Assembly (NCBI GenBank): GCA_964626665.1
Contig: CAZVGK010000031.1
Span: 1-37,676, forward strand
Length of the DNA: 37,676 nucleotides
Direction: 5' to 3'
Source of the DNA: an uncultured Gemmatimonadota bacterium
GTDB lineage: Bacteria > SM23-81 > DAOVCL01
In this document: one piece after another, positions 8,036 to 17,206 of the stretch
Numbering within the stretch: the stretch's first letter is position 1
Layout: each line of letters opens with the position of its first letter
The notes under the pieces: model-generated
The model's input: only the letters and a program-made list of their open reading frames with translations
The model's database searches: none
What the model was told of the DNA's origin: nothing
Made by a program: the position numbers and the translations under genes

Positions 8036-11000
8036 CTATCTCCTTAACGGATTGTAGTCAAATGTCAGTCTCCCTATCTCAAAGGGTTGTTTGCTTGTCT
8101 CCCGAACTCCAACTTCAATGATCTTTCCATTTGAACCCAGCCGTAGATTTTGTCGGGAATTAGCCTCGATACACTCATAAATCTCGGAGTTCTTCCCATC
8201 AATGTTAACCTCCATATCCACTTTGCCATCGCCACCATTATACCCCAGGTATAGAGCTATAAACTGAGATGAATGGTAGGGAGGTTTCCGAAAATCAAAC
8301 CTTTTCCTGACGGAAGTCTCTATAGGGCTACCATCGTCATCGGTTGCCCCTTCACCAAACTTGTATATCCTGTGATTATCCTTATCCGCAAAGAGTAATT
8401 CTCCGTTCTCATTGCCCCAGATTTCAAAATAGGAAGGATCGATCCCTCTGTATTCAGTCCAATCAAAAGAGGAGAGATCCACAACAAAAAGCCTACCATT
8501 AACATAAAGCCAGTATTCATTCTTTTTGGCATAATAAACCCCTAACGCCTTTTCCAGAATATCCCGGGACAGTTCCTTTAAATAACCGTCTAATGTGTCC
8601 CGATATCTTATGTTCCCCTCTTCATCTCGATACGCTTTTTTACCAGGATAGGCAAACGAGTTACCATCAAAGAGAAACATTCCCACAGTCGAAAGCCCCA
8701 TCACACTACCACCTACGGAAGCAAGGGTTTTCGAGGTTATCAACCCCATATTTCTTACATTCCCAATGAGATTATCCGATAGTTTCCAATACTCTACTGC
8801 TCCCGTCACTATCTCCCAACGTAGGTCATCTTTCTTCAAAATCACCAGGTTATTTTTCGCCTCTACTAATCCTATTATCGCATTGGAAGAACCAATGGGC
8901 CTCTTGTTTTCCTCTAATACCTTCTCCGGTATATCCTCCTCAGACCAATAGATTGTATTGGCTTCCCTCTCTCCTGCCAAAGATGTAGGCTGCTCGCTTG
9001 AAATATTCAAGCCAACTGCAAAATAGGTTTCCCGTAGGTATAGTTTTGCAATTTCGGCCGCTTCCAAAATTCGGTTATACCAAATGAATGTATCTACAAA
9101 ATACGGTCTGGGAGTAGAGGCTATATAAGATTCCGCCACCATAAGCAGTGCTTCATCCCAACGCTCTCCCAAATACCAGTGAAAATCAGAATTGTAAATA
9201 TAAGTGGAATAGGTGGAATCTGTAATATAGAATTCGCCAGGACTCCATTCCACCAACTTCCCATCTAAAGCTATATGCCATTTAGACTCTGCAGCATTAA
9301 CTTTTTCCCACGATATTCTAATTTGATGCCAATTCCCATCCCATAAATCCCCAATATTTTTAAAATTGAGTGACATTTCAGGAGTCAAAAAAACTATTTG
9401 AACATCTCCCGAAGTATTATGACGCAAATAAAGACCAAGACCTCTAACAACAGGAATAGGAACAGTTGGATATCCTTGCGTGCTATGCCTATATTCAAAT
9501 AAAGAATACAATTTATTGTCATCTTCACCAGGCAATGTATCCCCCAATTTAAACCAAAACGATACTGTTTGATCTTCCTGTGCTTCCGTATATCCCAATT
9601 GAGAAAAATCTATATAACCATTATCACCATCTTTTTGGGTGAGTTGAACATGTTTCCCCTCATCTTTGGTTTGGCTATTAATGCCGCCATAAAATCCGCC
9701 ATCTCCATCCACAAATTCAGCATCGTGTAAATAGCCGTATAAACCACTTTCTCGACTATTGCTGGCTCGATTATAGATTACGCTATACCCCCCGAACTTA
9801 TCCATATCAAAAAAGGCTACCATATCCGAATAAAGCAATTCCTTGCGGTATAAATCCCGCCAATCAGAGAGACTTGCCATATCCTTTTTGCCATAGAAGA
9901 CCATAATTGTCTCTGGAACCCCATCTGCCAATTGAGGAAACCTTATCTTAAAACTTACCGTCTGAGCTTCTGCGTTAAAATCAGTTTTAACAAACCCCAA
10001 TGGAGTTACTACTCCGGGGTCATTGAGCATAAACTTAAAATCTCTGCCCTCATTCGCCACAAAGTCATCATATTCGATATAATTGTCTGCCTTTGGGTTG
10101 TTCCACTGTAGAGTCGTCGGCACAATGGGATTGGTGAAAGTCTTCCCCTCATTCTGAGTTATGTGAAACATCTGGCTGTAAGCAAAACCAACCCCCGCCT
10201 CCTTCTGTGGCACTATCACATTGCCGTAATAGACCCGATTATTTACTTCTGTCAGACACCGAGCTACGGGCATCTTATCGGTATTCAGAGGCAAATCCGC
10301 CCCCGAACCATCGGCTACTGTTATATCATTGTGAACCTCATCGGCATTATTGGCGATCACCCACCTTTGCCACCCAGAAAAGACATCATCCGCAAACTGC
10401 TTGTATCGCCGATAGGTCCATCTTCCGCTTGTTCTCTCATTGAGGGATACGGGGATATCCAATCTAACTTTTCTAATGCCATAATTAAACATATACTGTC
10501 CATCTACCAATTCCGAAGCCCCCGAGGTATTACTTTCCTTATCGGGTTGGTCATCGAAATAATAGCTGACCTTATATTCGATTAAGCCAGGAGGGGTGAT
10601 AATAACCCCAGAACAGGGAGGACTCTCACATTCTTTCTCCTCCCATTCCACTACTGAACCAGAAGGAGCAATACGGGGTTTTGTCACCTCCAGAACGCCA
10701 TAATTGTCCTCGTCTTTAAAGAACATCGTTGCACTGACACCATCAGTAAGCAGAAGCCTATCACCAACGGCCAATCCCGTAATCTCCTGATTTATAACAG
10801 GGAAAAATGGAGTTATCTTGCCATTACTCCATTCCCCTGAAAGGTCTTTCTTATACCAGACGAGCTCATTTACCCCCGTTGTAAGGTCGTGTATGATAAT
10901 GTCATAAACCACGCCACTGTTCTTATAGAACCTGAAATAAGCCCTTACTCCTGCTGAATCCTCAAGCTCCTGTATGTGAAAAACAGGGATAAACCCCGGC

Positions 11001-11131
11001 CTTTTTATCCGATAACCAGGAGTCACATTTACACATAGGTTTATGCTTTCGATCACATCCTTAAATCTGGCAGTAGCATCAGGATGAGCCGACAAATTCA
11101 GAGTGCCATCTAAAGCAACTTCTTTTTCCAT
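8036..11131 (-). CDS. Putative podovirus tail nozzle / DNA-stabilization-like protein with inserted DUF2341 and LamG-like domains
   Basis: RBS AGGAGG, no signal peptide. N-terminal GYRIKRPG; propeller-like C-terminal part (TIYWSE, IIGLVE..NNLVILK, SVGGSVMGLS..GMFLFDG, YYAKKNEYWL, DWTEY); central GRDFKF...TIMVFYG and TVSFWFK...DGNWHQI...LDGK...YNRIL...EI..LY. The CDS is certain, the function is inferred. Confidence 0.7.
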   Translation of the reverse strand: MEKEVALDGTLNLSAHPDATARFKDVIESINLCVNVTPGYRIKRPGFIPVFHIQELEDSAGVRAYFRFYKNSGVVYDIIIHDLTTGVNELVWYKKDLSGEWSNGKITPFFPVINQEITGLAVGDRLLLTDGVSATMFFKDEDNYGVLEVTKPRIAPSGSVVEWEEKECESPPCSGVIITPPGLIEYKVSYYFDDQPDKESNTSGASELVDGQYMFNYGIRKVRLDIPVSLNERTSGRWTYRRYKQFADDVFSGWQRWVIANNADEVHNDITVADGSGADLPLNTDKMPVARCLTEVNNRVYYGNVIVPQKEAGVGFAYSQMFHITQNEGKTFTNPIVPTTLQWNNPKADNYIEYDDFVANEGRDFKFMLNDPGVVTPLGFVKTDFNAEAQTVSFKIRFPQLADGVPETIMVFYGKKDMASLSDWRDLYRKELLYSDMVAFFDMDKFGGYSVIYNRASNSRESGLYGYLHDAEFVDGDGGFYGGINSQTKDEGKHVQLTQKDGDNGYIDFSQLGYTEAQEDQTVSFWFKLGDTLPGEDDNKLYSLFEYRHSTQGYPTVPIPVVRGLGLYLRHNTSGDVQIVFLTPEMSLNFKNIGDLWDGNWHQIRISWEKVNAAESKWHIALDGKLVEWSPGEFYITDSTYSTYIYNSDFHWYLGERWDEALLMVAESYIASTPRPYFVDTFIWYNRILEAAEIAKLYLRETYFAVGLNISSEQPTSLAGEREANTIYWSEEDIPEKVLEENKRPIGSSNAIIGLVEAKNNLVILKKDDLRWEIVTGAVEYWKLSDNLIGNVRNMGLITSKTLASVGGSVMGLSTVGMFLFDGNSFAYPGKKAYRDEEGNIRYRDTLDGYLKELSRDILEKALGVYYAKKNEYWLYVNGRLFVVDLSSFDWTEYRGIDPSYFEIWGNENGELLFADKDNHRIYKFGEGATDDDGSPIETSVRKRFDFRKPPYHSSQFIALYLGYNGGDGKVDMEVNIDGKNSEIYECIEANSRQNLRLGSNGKIIEVGVRETSKQPFEIGRLTFDYNPLRR

Positions 11132-11133
11132 CT

Positions 11134-11331
11134 TTACCTCCTGTATTTTTTATTCAATTTTTCACCAGCCACTAAAAATTTTCCCGCATCTGAGTATAAA
11201 CACCCTACCCCGTTTCTGAGGGTTATAAACCAATATTCCAAGTAGATAGACGGGTGACTTGTCATAGTATAACCATCCCTAAAAGGGCCTACCCCCCAGA
11301 CAAGGGATGCCTTCACATTTGGTCTCGACAC
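11134..11331 (-). CDS. Small hypothetical protein or truncated remnant of an upstream phage gene
   Basis: Ends 2 bp before the 1031-aa start and contains its RBS; weak start signal. Confidence 0.35.
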   Translation of the reverse strand: MSRPNVKASLVWGVGPFRDGYTMTSHPSIYLEYWFITLRNGVGCLYSDAGKFLVAGEKLNKKYRR

Positions 11332-11453
11332 ATTCGCTCAAAGAACTCAGGGTAAACCGAGCTCACCCCCGTAAATCTTCCGCCTGTTCCTTTCTGTTAA
11401 GTGTTTAGGATAGAGCAAACCATCAGAGATGTTATATACCCCCATACCTATAC

Positions 11454-11714
11454 CTACAAAGACCCCCCATTGGACAACCCCGTCACCCTCTTTGTCTCCT
11501 CCTTCAGGGTCCTGGCTCCCTCTCTCAGGAGTTCTATCACCGGCTCTATAACCTCCGAGTTAAGGGCTATTCCCTTCTTGCTTGGTCTATACTCACCACT
11601 TTCCTCATCCTCATAATAAACCCGAACATCAATAAACCGATGGCCCTTATACTCCCTCTCCTCAACCCTGATTAACTCCTTAGCATTCTTCCGAATTTCC
11701 CCTAACTGTTTCAT
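11454..11714 (-). CDS. PC4/p15-family ssDNA-binding protein
   Basis: KNAKELIRV...EYKG..FIDVRVYY...YRPSKKGIAL signature. Confidence 0.88.
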   Translation of the reverse strand: MKQLGEIRKNAKELIRVEEREYKGHRFIDVRVYYEDEESGEYRPSKKGIALNSEVIEPVIELLREGARTLKEETKRVTGLSNGGSL

Positions 11715-11925
11715 CTCTTCTCATCTCCCTCAACTTTGAGCTTCTAAGCTCCCCTTTCAATGCCCTGGTTATAGCTTCTCCGATCCGCTCTGAGAAAGCT
11801 TCCAGTTAAGCCTATATGGGGTAATTATGGGTCATACAAGCCGATGGTGAGCCTTTTCCCTTGTAAATGGAGATGTGTCCTTCCACACTCTAAAAAGCTT
11901 GTCTGAAGGCTTATGTGGGGCATTT

Positions 11926-12144
11926 CTATTCAGAACCGACCTCCTCCGGCTTCTCTCCCTCCGGTGTCCTACCTTTGACCCTCCTAATGGTAATGGTGAT
12001 GGTTCCACCCTCTTTGACAACCGTTACTTGGCCCTTCTCCTCAAGTTCCTTTTGCATTTCATCGGTAATCCTACAGTCAAGTATCTTTTCGGTTTCCTCT
12101 TCATTCCCACCTTCTGCCTGCTGTTTTACTTCTTTTTTAGCCAT
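11926..12144 (-). CDS. Small acidic hypothetical protein
   Basis: ATG 12144 follows RBS AAAGGAGG; same orientation as neighbours. Confidence 0.6.
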   Translation of the reverse strand: MAKKEVKQQAEGGNEEETEKILDCRITDEMQKELEEKGQVTVVKEGGTITITIRRVKGRTPEGEKPEEVGSE

Positions 12145-12249
12145 TTTGGGCCTCCTTTCAGCAGTTTTGGACACCATTTGGACACCAACCACACACAGCT
12201 TGCCCTAACTCCCACTAAAAGCAAGCACTTACTAATGTTTGACACTGCA

Positions 12250-12438
12250 CTACCGATGCAATGGCTCAATCTCACTCTCCCCAAGCCACTGCTCAATCTG
12301 GCTTTGTTTGAACCTCACCAGGTTGCCCTCCGCAAGTTTGATATAGGGGATCCTCCGCTGCATAATCCAGGTATTCAGAGTTGAAAGCTTAATACCGAGC
12401 CACTCAACAAGTTCTTGCTTAGTTAATAACTTATCCAT
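12250..12438 (-). CDS. Excisionase/AlpA-like HTH protein
   Basis: LLTKQELVEWLGIKLSTLNTW...RIPYIKL...VRF...IEQWL, the HTH_17 pattern. Confidence 0.9.
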   Translation of the reverse strand: MDKLLTKQELVEWLGIKLSTLNTWIMQRRIPYIKLAEGNLVRFKQSQIEQWLGESEIEPLHR

Positions 12439-12482
12439 TTAGCCCGTAATTCTCTGACACTGTGTCTATTCCTTCCTCTTTT

Positions 12483-12974
12483 TTACTTTGAAGGCTTCGG
12501 TAAGTGTCCCTTGGGCCTTCTCCTCGATTGTTCCGCCAGTAGTTTTTTCTCATAAGCTACCAGTTCCTCATCACTCATATTCTCAACATCCGGCATTGCC
12601 CTCTGTATTATCAAAGGCTCGAAATCAACCTCATTCTTTCGCCGCTCTACAAGTTCGCCTATGATCTGATAATAGAGTCTGCGATCCTGTGAACCCGTTG
12701 GTTTCTGGGCTGCCTCCACCAAAGCCTGATCAATGGCTTCCCTGGCCCCTTTGAGTGTTCCCAGGCGTTCCTCAATGGCCTTTTTTACCTCTTCTTGAAA
12801 CATCTCCCCCTGTTTCCATCGCCAAACGGTACTAATATTTACCCCTATCTCCTTCGCACATTCCACCTCACCAACACCTCGGCCCAACATCAGAGCAGCC
12901 GCTTGCTGAGCAGGGGTTAACTCCCTCCCTTTTTGCTTGTTCTCCTTCGTATCTGTAACTTTCTTTGTGACCAT
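12483..12974 (-). CDS. Small-terminase-like HTH protein (phBC6A51-like)
   Basis: LTPAQQAAA..L...ECAKEIGVNISTVWRWK...F HTH, helical core, and C-terminal DVENMSDEEL typical of TerS proteins. Confidence 0.7.
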   Translation of the reverse strand: MVTKKVTDTKENKQKGRELTPAQQAAALMLGRGVGEVECAKEIGVNISTVWRWKQGEMFQEEVKKAIEERLGTLKGAREAIDQALVEAAQKPTGSQDRRLYYQIIGELVERRKNEVDFEPLIIQRAMPDVENMSDEELVAYEKKLLAEQSRRRPKGHLPKPSK

Positions 12975-13193
12975 TTAATTTACCTCCTCTTCTAACAATT
13001 GAGTGGGACCGGTCTCCTCCTCTGACCGTTCCCCTAATAGACCAAGTAATTCATAACGCCGTCTCCGAGCTTCTGTCCCCTTCGGGCCTTTTATCAAAGC
13101 CGATTTAACCAGAGCTTTGAGTTCTTCCTTAGAAGGAAGTTTGGATTTCCCCTTTTTGTTTGCATTCCTTTGCACGGTTCCTCCTGTCTTCAT
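12975..13193 (-). CDS. Hypothetical protein resembling the central region of the adjacent TerS-like protein
   Basis: RBS GAGG; abuts the next gene; shares ALV..A..K.P.G...RR..Y...G.L.ER. Confidence 0.6.
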   Translation of the reverse strand: MKTGGTVQRNANKKGKSKLPSKEELKALVKSALIKGPKGTEARRRRYELLGLLGERSEEETGPTQLLEEEVN

Positions 13194-13310
13194 AAATTAT
13201 TAGCTATAACCTCTGTTTAATTTGGGGGGGAGAGAAGTTGGTACCCCTAAGACAACTCTTTTATTTTTAAGCATTTAAGTCTATTTAATTTTAACTTCTC
13301 CTCTCCCTCT

Positions 13311-15323
13311 CTAACTTTTCTCCCCCTCAAAATATGTTTTTGAGAAGAACCGGATATTTTCCATTAGTTGGGAGATTTTTTCAGTGAGTCGCCACTTGAA
13401 GGTTCCGGTGCCCTCCCTCTCCACAATCTTCAACAGCCTGAAATCCTCCAATGCCATTTTACAGGTCTCAGTGGGGAACTCGGTCATCTCTCCTATCTCG
13501 CCAGTCGGGAGAAATTCGCTTCTAAGGTGATATAAGGTCTCCAAGAGCCGGACCCTTTTTGAAGGTAAGGTATCGCTGGCTATTCGCCGCAGCAGTTCAA
13601 ACTCATCGGCTTCTATCTGGGTTTTACCTCTGATCCCGGCAAGGGCAGAGCCAAGCTTGGTGAACTGTCCAACCAGTCGGGTTCCAATCTCAGGCACAGG
13701 GGCAAAATCTACCCTTTCGTTCCTCAGTCCAGAACGAGACACGGTTGAACGCAAGACAGCCAAGAGGCTTGCCAAGTCAATTATTAAATCCAGTGTCTCC
13801 TCCGGGATGGCAATGGTCTCTTCTTTGCTTAGTTTGCAGGTGAGAAGGAACCCTTGGATTGCTTCCTTTAGCTCCAACCTCATTTCTCTGGCTTTGCCCC
13901 TATTGGTGGCCGCCCGCCTCACCCTCTCCTTAGTATCGCTACTGGTGAGCCTGAGCCGAAGAAATCTCTCCCCAAGATCCTGCTCGACAGAATAATATCG
14001 GTCAATAGCCGGTGTGACGGCAGCTATAAGCCCAAATTTTGAGACATAGGATTTGCTCCAGACCCCTGAGCCGAACTCCCTGGAGGCCTCCCCATCATAG
14101 GCATCCCTGAGCTGGCTAAAGATTTCCCCTCGCACATAATGATGTAAGCCCAGGATGGCGGTAAAATCTTTGATCACAAGAACCTTTCCATTCAGTCGAG
14201 GGAGTAGAGAGGGATCGGATTTGTTTTTTGGCACCTTCAGCCCTGAAATCAATGTATTCTGTGTCAAGCTGGATGTGCTGTAGATCTCCTTGCATCCTTT
14301 CAAGGCCCTTAAAATCTCTGTCTTCATCCCTCCAGGCGGGGCTACGACAAATAGCCATACAGGATCACCCTCAAAGCGGTTCGCTATAACAGAGGCCAGG
14401 ACAACATCGAGGACAATATCCTCCCCAGCCTCAATGTATAGCCACTTATGGAAAGTATCCTTCACATCTTGGAGGGAAACTTCAGGCTGTGGCAATTCCA
14501 CCTCCGGGAACTGAGGGATCTGTTGGACAAGCTCCAGCAAGGCCTCCTTGTCTCCCCCCTGGTCCAGCCAGTCGCTTACATCCCCCTTTTCGGGGAGGCC
14601 TGGCAGGTCAAGCACTTTTACACTTTTTACCTTGTCCACTAAGGAATTGGCAACCTTCTGGCCGTGATCTTTACCCGGAGGATCGTTGTCAGGGAGAATA
14701 ACCACATCCCGGCCTTGAAAATAGGGATTGTATTCTTGTCTCCACTTGCCACTCCCTCCAGGGTTCGTGGTAGCAGTGAGTCCCAGTTTAATCAACCTGT
14801 CCGCATCCTTCTCACCCTCCACTACGAACACAGGATCAGAGCCTTTGATTAACTCCTGTAGGCGATAGAGAACTCTCTTTATTCCATTCAAGTTCCATAC
14901 CCATTCCTCCTTCCCGTCCGGCCTCCGTTGAGCAAACCCTTTCGGCTCATACCTGACAACCTGGAAGAGGAGATTGCCCTTCTCGTCAGTGTAATCATAG
15001 GTCTGGACAATTCTCTTGGAATTGCTGCAAGGTATGTTGAAGTCAGCAATGATTCCCTTTAGGATTGCAGAGAAATCCCTTTTTATATTAAGGTTATACT
15101 TCAGGGCATAGAAGGTGAAGATGTTTCCCTTAGCTCCACAAGCATGGCAATAAAATTGCCCAGTCTTATAGTTAAGGGATAGGGAAGGATTATGATCGTC
15201 GTGGAAAGGACAGAGGACAGGTCGTTTGTCTTCTTTCGGTAGGTTTGTTATATAGTGGCTAAAGAAGGGTCTAAAATTGCCATTAAAATAGTCTAAAATG
15301 ATCCTTTTCTCATCTATCTTCAT
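13311..15323 (-). CDS. Primase-helicase (CHC2 zinc finger + TOPRIM + AAA+/MCM-like ATPase)
   Basis: CPFHDD..PSL...FYCHACG; VVEGEKDAD and ILPDND; Walker A-like APPGGMKT, Walker B-like VLVIKD, LRDAYDG, GERFL. Confidence 0.92.
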   Translation of the reverse strand: MKIDEKRIILDYFNGNFRPFFSHYITNLPKEDKRPVLCPFHDDHNPSLSLNYKTGQFYCHACGAKGNIFTFYALKYNLNIKRDFSAILKGIIADFNIPCSNSKRIVQTYDYTDEKGNLLFQVVRYEPKGFAQRRPDGKEEWVWNLNGIKRVLYRLQELIKGSDPVFVVEGEKDADRLIKLGLTATTNPGGSGKWRQEYNPYFQGRDVVILPDNDPPGKDHGQKVANSLVDKVKSVKVLDLPGLPEKGDVSDWLDQGGDKEALLELVQQIPQFPEVELPQPEVSLQDVKDTFHKWLYIEAGEDIVLDVVLASVIANRFEGDPVWLFVVAPPGGMKTEILRALKGCKEIYSTSSLTQNTLISGLKVPKNKSDPSLLPRLNGKVLVIKDFTAILGLHHYVRGEIFSQLRDAYDGEASREFGSGVWSKSYVSKFGLIAAVTPAIDRYYSVEQDLGERFLRLRLTSSDTKERVRRAATNRGKAREMRLELKEAIQGFLLTCKLSKEETIAIPEETLDLIIDLASLLAVLRSTVSRSGLRNERVDFAPVPEIGTRLVGQFTKLGSALAGIRGKTQIEADEFELLRRIASDTLPSKRVRLLETLYHLRSEFLPTGEIGEMTEFPTETCKMALEDFRLLKIVEREGTGTFKWRLTEKISQLMENIRFFSKTYFEGEKS

Positions 15324-15341
15324 CTCGCTATCTTCCTTTTA

Positions 15342-15587
15342 TTAACCGTAGCTAAGGGCTTTCAAGCTCTTCATCGCATCAACAAAGCTCAAAGGTTCAA
15401 TCAATAGCTTTTTATTCACAAGATCAATCAGCAGTTGCTTTCGTTCTGGGCTATCCTCGAACTCGAACAGAGCCCGGCCATTGCCATTGGGCTGAACGCC
15501 CAACAGAGGAAAGCCCTTTATCTTCAGCAAGGCGGCAAACCACAGGTCATGGGTTGAATATTTATCTCTGTCATCTTTCATATTCAC
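15342..15587 (-). CDS. DUF5659-like small protein
   Basis: YSTHDLWFAALL...GFPLL...RALFEF pattern; directly upstream of the primase. Confidence 0.7.
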   Translation of the reverse strand: MNMKDDRDKYSTHDLWFAALLKIKGFPLLGVQPNGNGRALFEFEDSPERKQLLIDLVNKKLLIEPLSFVDAMKSLKALSYG

Positions 15588-15600
15588 ATCTCATCCTCTA

Positions 15601-15670
15601 AAACAAAAAATCCCACGGAAGTAATCCAACCTCCGTGGGATAATATAATGCATCAAAGATATAAACGCAA
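15601..15670 (-). promoter_or_regulatory. Promoter with overlapping inverted repeat / terminator-like hairpin
   Basis: TTGCGT-N17-TATATT (15670-15642); TCCCACGGA/TCCGTGGGA (15611-15640) followed by a T-run on the minus strand. Confidence 0.55.
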
Positions 15671-15793
15671 GAGCTTAAAACAAAAGCATTTATTACTGTT
15701 TTAGATATGCCAAAACATCATCATTCTGGGCTGTTTCAGTTTCCCTGAATTACAGTCCTGTGTACTCAAGCAATGACTGGATCATGAGGGTCC

Positions 15794-17152
15794 CTACTTT
15801 TTTACCCCCCATTTCTTCAAATCCTTCCTATAAGCCCTCATATATTCTCGGGAACGTTTCTGAAGTCTTGGTTTATTCTCCTGGTAGTGTTTGGCAGCGG
15901 AATGCTTCTTATTGCAGGGTTTACCTTCTATCGAACGCGAGCAGTATTCTCTTTCTTGTCCGGAGTTGGTGGTTGGAACTATCGGAAGGCCACATAGCTT
16001 ACACCGCTCTGCTATTCCCTTCTTTACCAACTCATCCACAAGGGCATCATAGCATTGGGCTGGGAATTTATTCAAAGCACTTTTGTTTTCCTCTTCATGA
16101 GTGAATTCCAGAGATTCTCTAATGCACAATATCATCTGCCTACAGTGATTCTCGATCGACCGAGTTTTATGCCTCTTAAGATCTGCAGGAAATCTGTTTA
16201 TATACCGTGTCAAGGCTTGATACAGGGTTGAACCCTCCCCTTTAAAAAGATCATTATAGTCTCTCAGTACAGATGCCTGCGCCCAGAAATTTCCCCGGGG
16301 GATTGTAGCTCTTCCTTCCACTAGGCAGAGCACGTCCCACACGTTTGCAAATATTTCTTCCAATTTCATATCTAAGAAATAAACTCGGCTGAAATTCTTG
16401 AGTTCCCGCGCCGACATCTTGTCTGTTATCTCCCCAGCTATCTCCCCTGCAATCTTTTCACTTGCCTCCATTCTCACTCTATGTTTCTCCGCTTTTTCCT
16501 CTTCTTCTTTTTCCTCTTCCTCTTCCTCTTCCCAATCATACCCTAATACTATGTCCTCCCCATGCTTCTTTATGAACCGAGTTATGAATTGTTTTACGCT
16601 TTGCCTTAAAGGCAAACTTCCCTCTCCTATTACCCCATACTCTAACCAAAGTCTTGGGGAGAAGAATTCAATCAATGCAGGCTGCCTCTTTATGGGGTTC
16701 CTCTCGAATTCTGGACCAGCCCTTCTTCCGATAGATTCCAGCCGCTCTTCATACCTTTTCCAAAACTCTGAACTCCGGTCCCTTTTCAATACCTTAGATT
16801 CCTGAATTTCAAAGTGTGCACAGAGTATTATCTTCTCAATAGACGGGGAGTAATATGACCGCATTCTATCCTCAATAACACCTAATTGGCTCCTAAGGTC
16901 GGAATCATCTAATTCCGCATAAGAGTTACACCCACATACGTAGGGTCCTATATCTATAGACCCAAGTGCCCCCCTATAGTACTTAGTTCTTTTCCTTCTT
17001 GCTAAGCCAATATAAAGATATATCCATTGCTTCCCGTCAAACTCCTCAAATTCGTTGCAAACACTCGCGCCTAACATAGTTGAGCCAAAAGGTATGCTGT
17101 AGCCGGCAATATACCAATCACTTGGATCCACTTGAAAATCAGTTTTACTCAT
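15794..17152 (-). CDS. Hypothetical protein with C-terminal 4-Cys zinc finger and basic tail
   Basis: 452-aa ORF with a poly-Glu linker and CKLCG...REYCS...C (CGNR-like). Confidence 0.8.
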   Translation of the reverse strand: MSKTDFQVDPSDWYIAGYSIPFGSTMLGASVCNEFEEFDGKQWIYLYIGLARRKRTKYYRGALGSIDIGPYVCGCNSYAELDDSDLRSQLGVIEDRMRSYYSPSIEKIILCAHFEIQESKVLKRDRSSEFWKRYEERLESIGRRAGPEFERNPIKRQPALIEFFSPRLWLEYGVIGEGSLPLRQSVKQFITRFIKKHGEDIVLGYDWEEEEEEEKEEEEKAEKHRVRMEASEKIAGEIAGEITDKMSARELKNFSRVYFLDMKLEEIFANVWDVLCLVEGRATIPRGNFWAQASVLRDYNDLFKGEGSTLYQALTRYINRFPADLKRHKTRSIENHCRQMILCIRESLEFTHEEENKSALNKFPAQCYDALVDELVKKGIAERCKLCGLPIVPTTNSGQEREYCSRSIEGKPCNKKHSAAKHYQENKPRLQKRSREYMRAYRKDLKKWGVKK

Positions 17153-17206
17153 CTCATTTCACTCCCTATAATGTCATTTACTTGTCTTTCTTTTCCCTAT
17201 CGTCCC

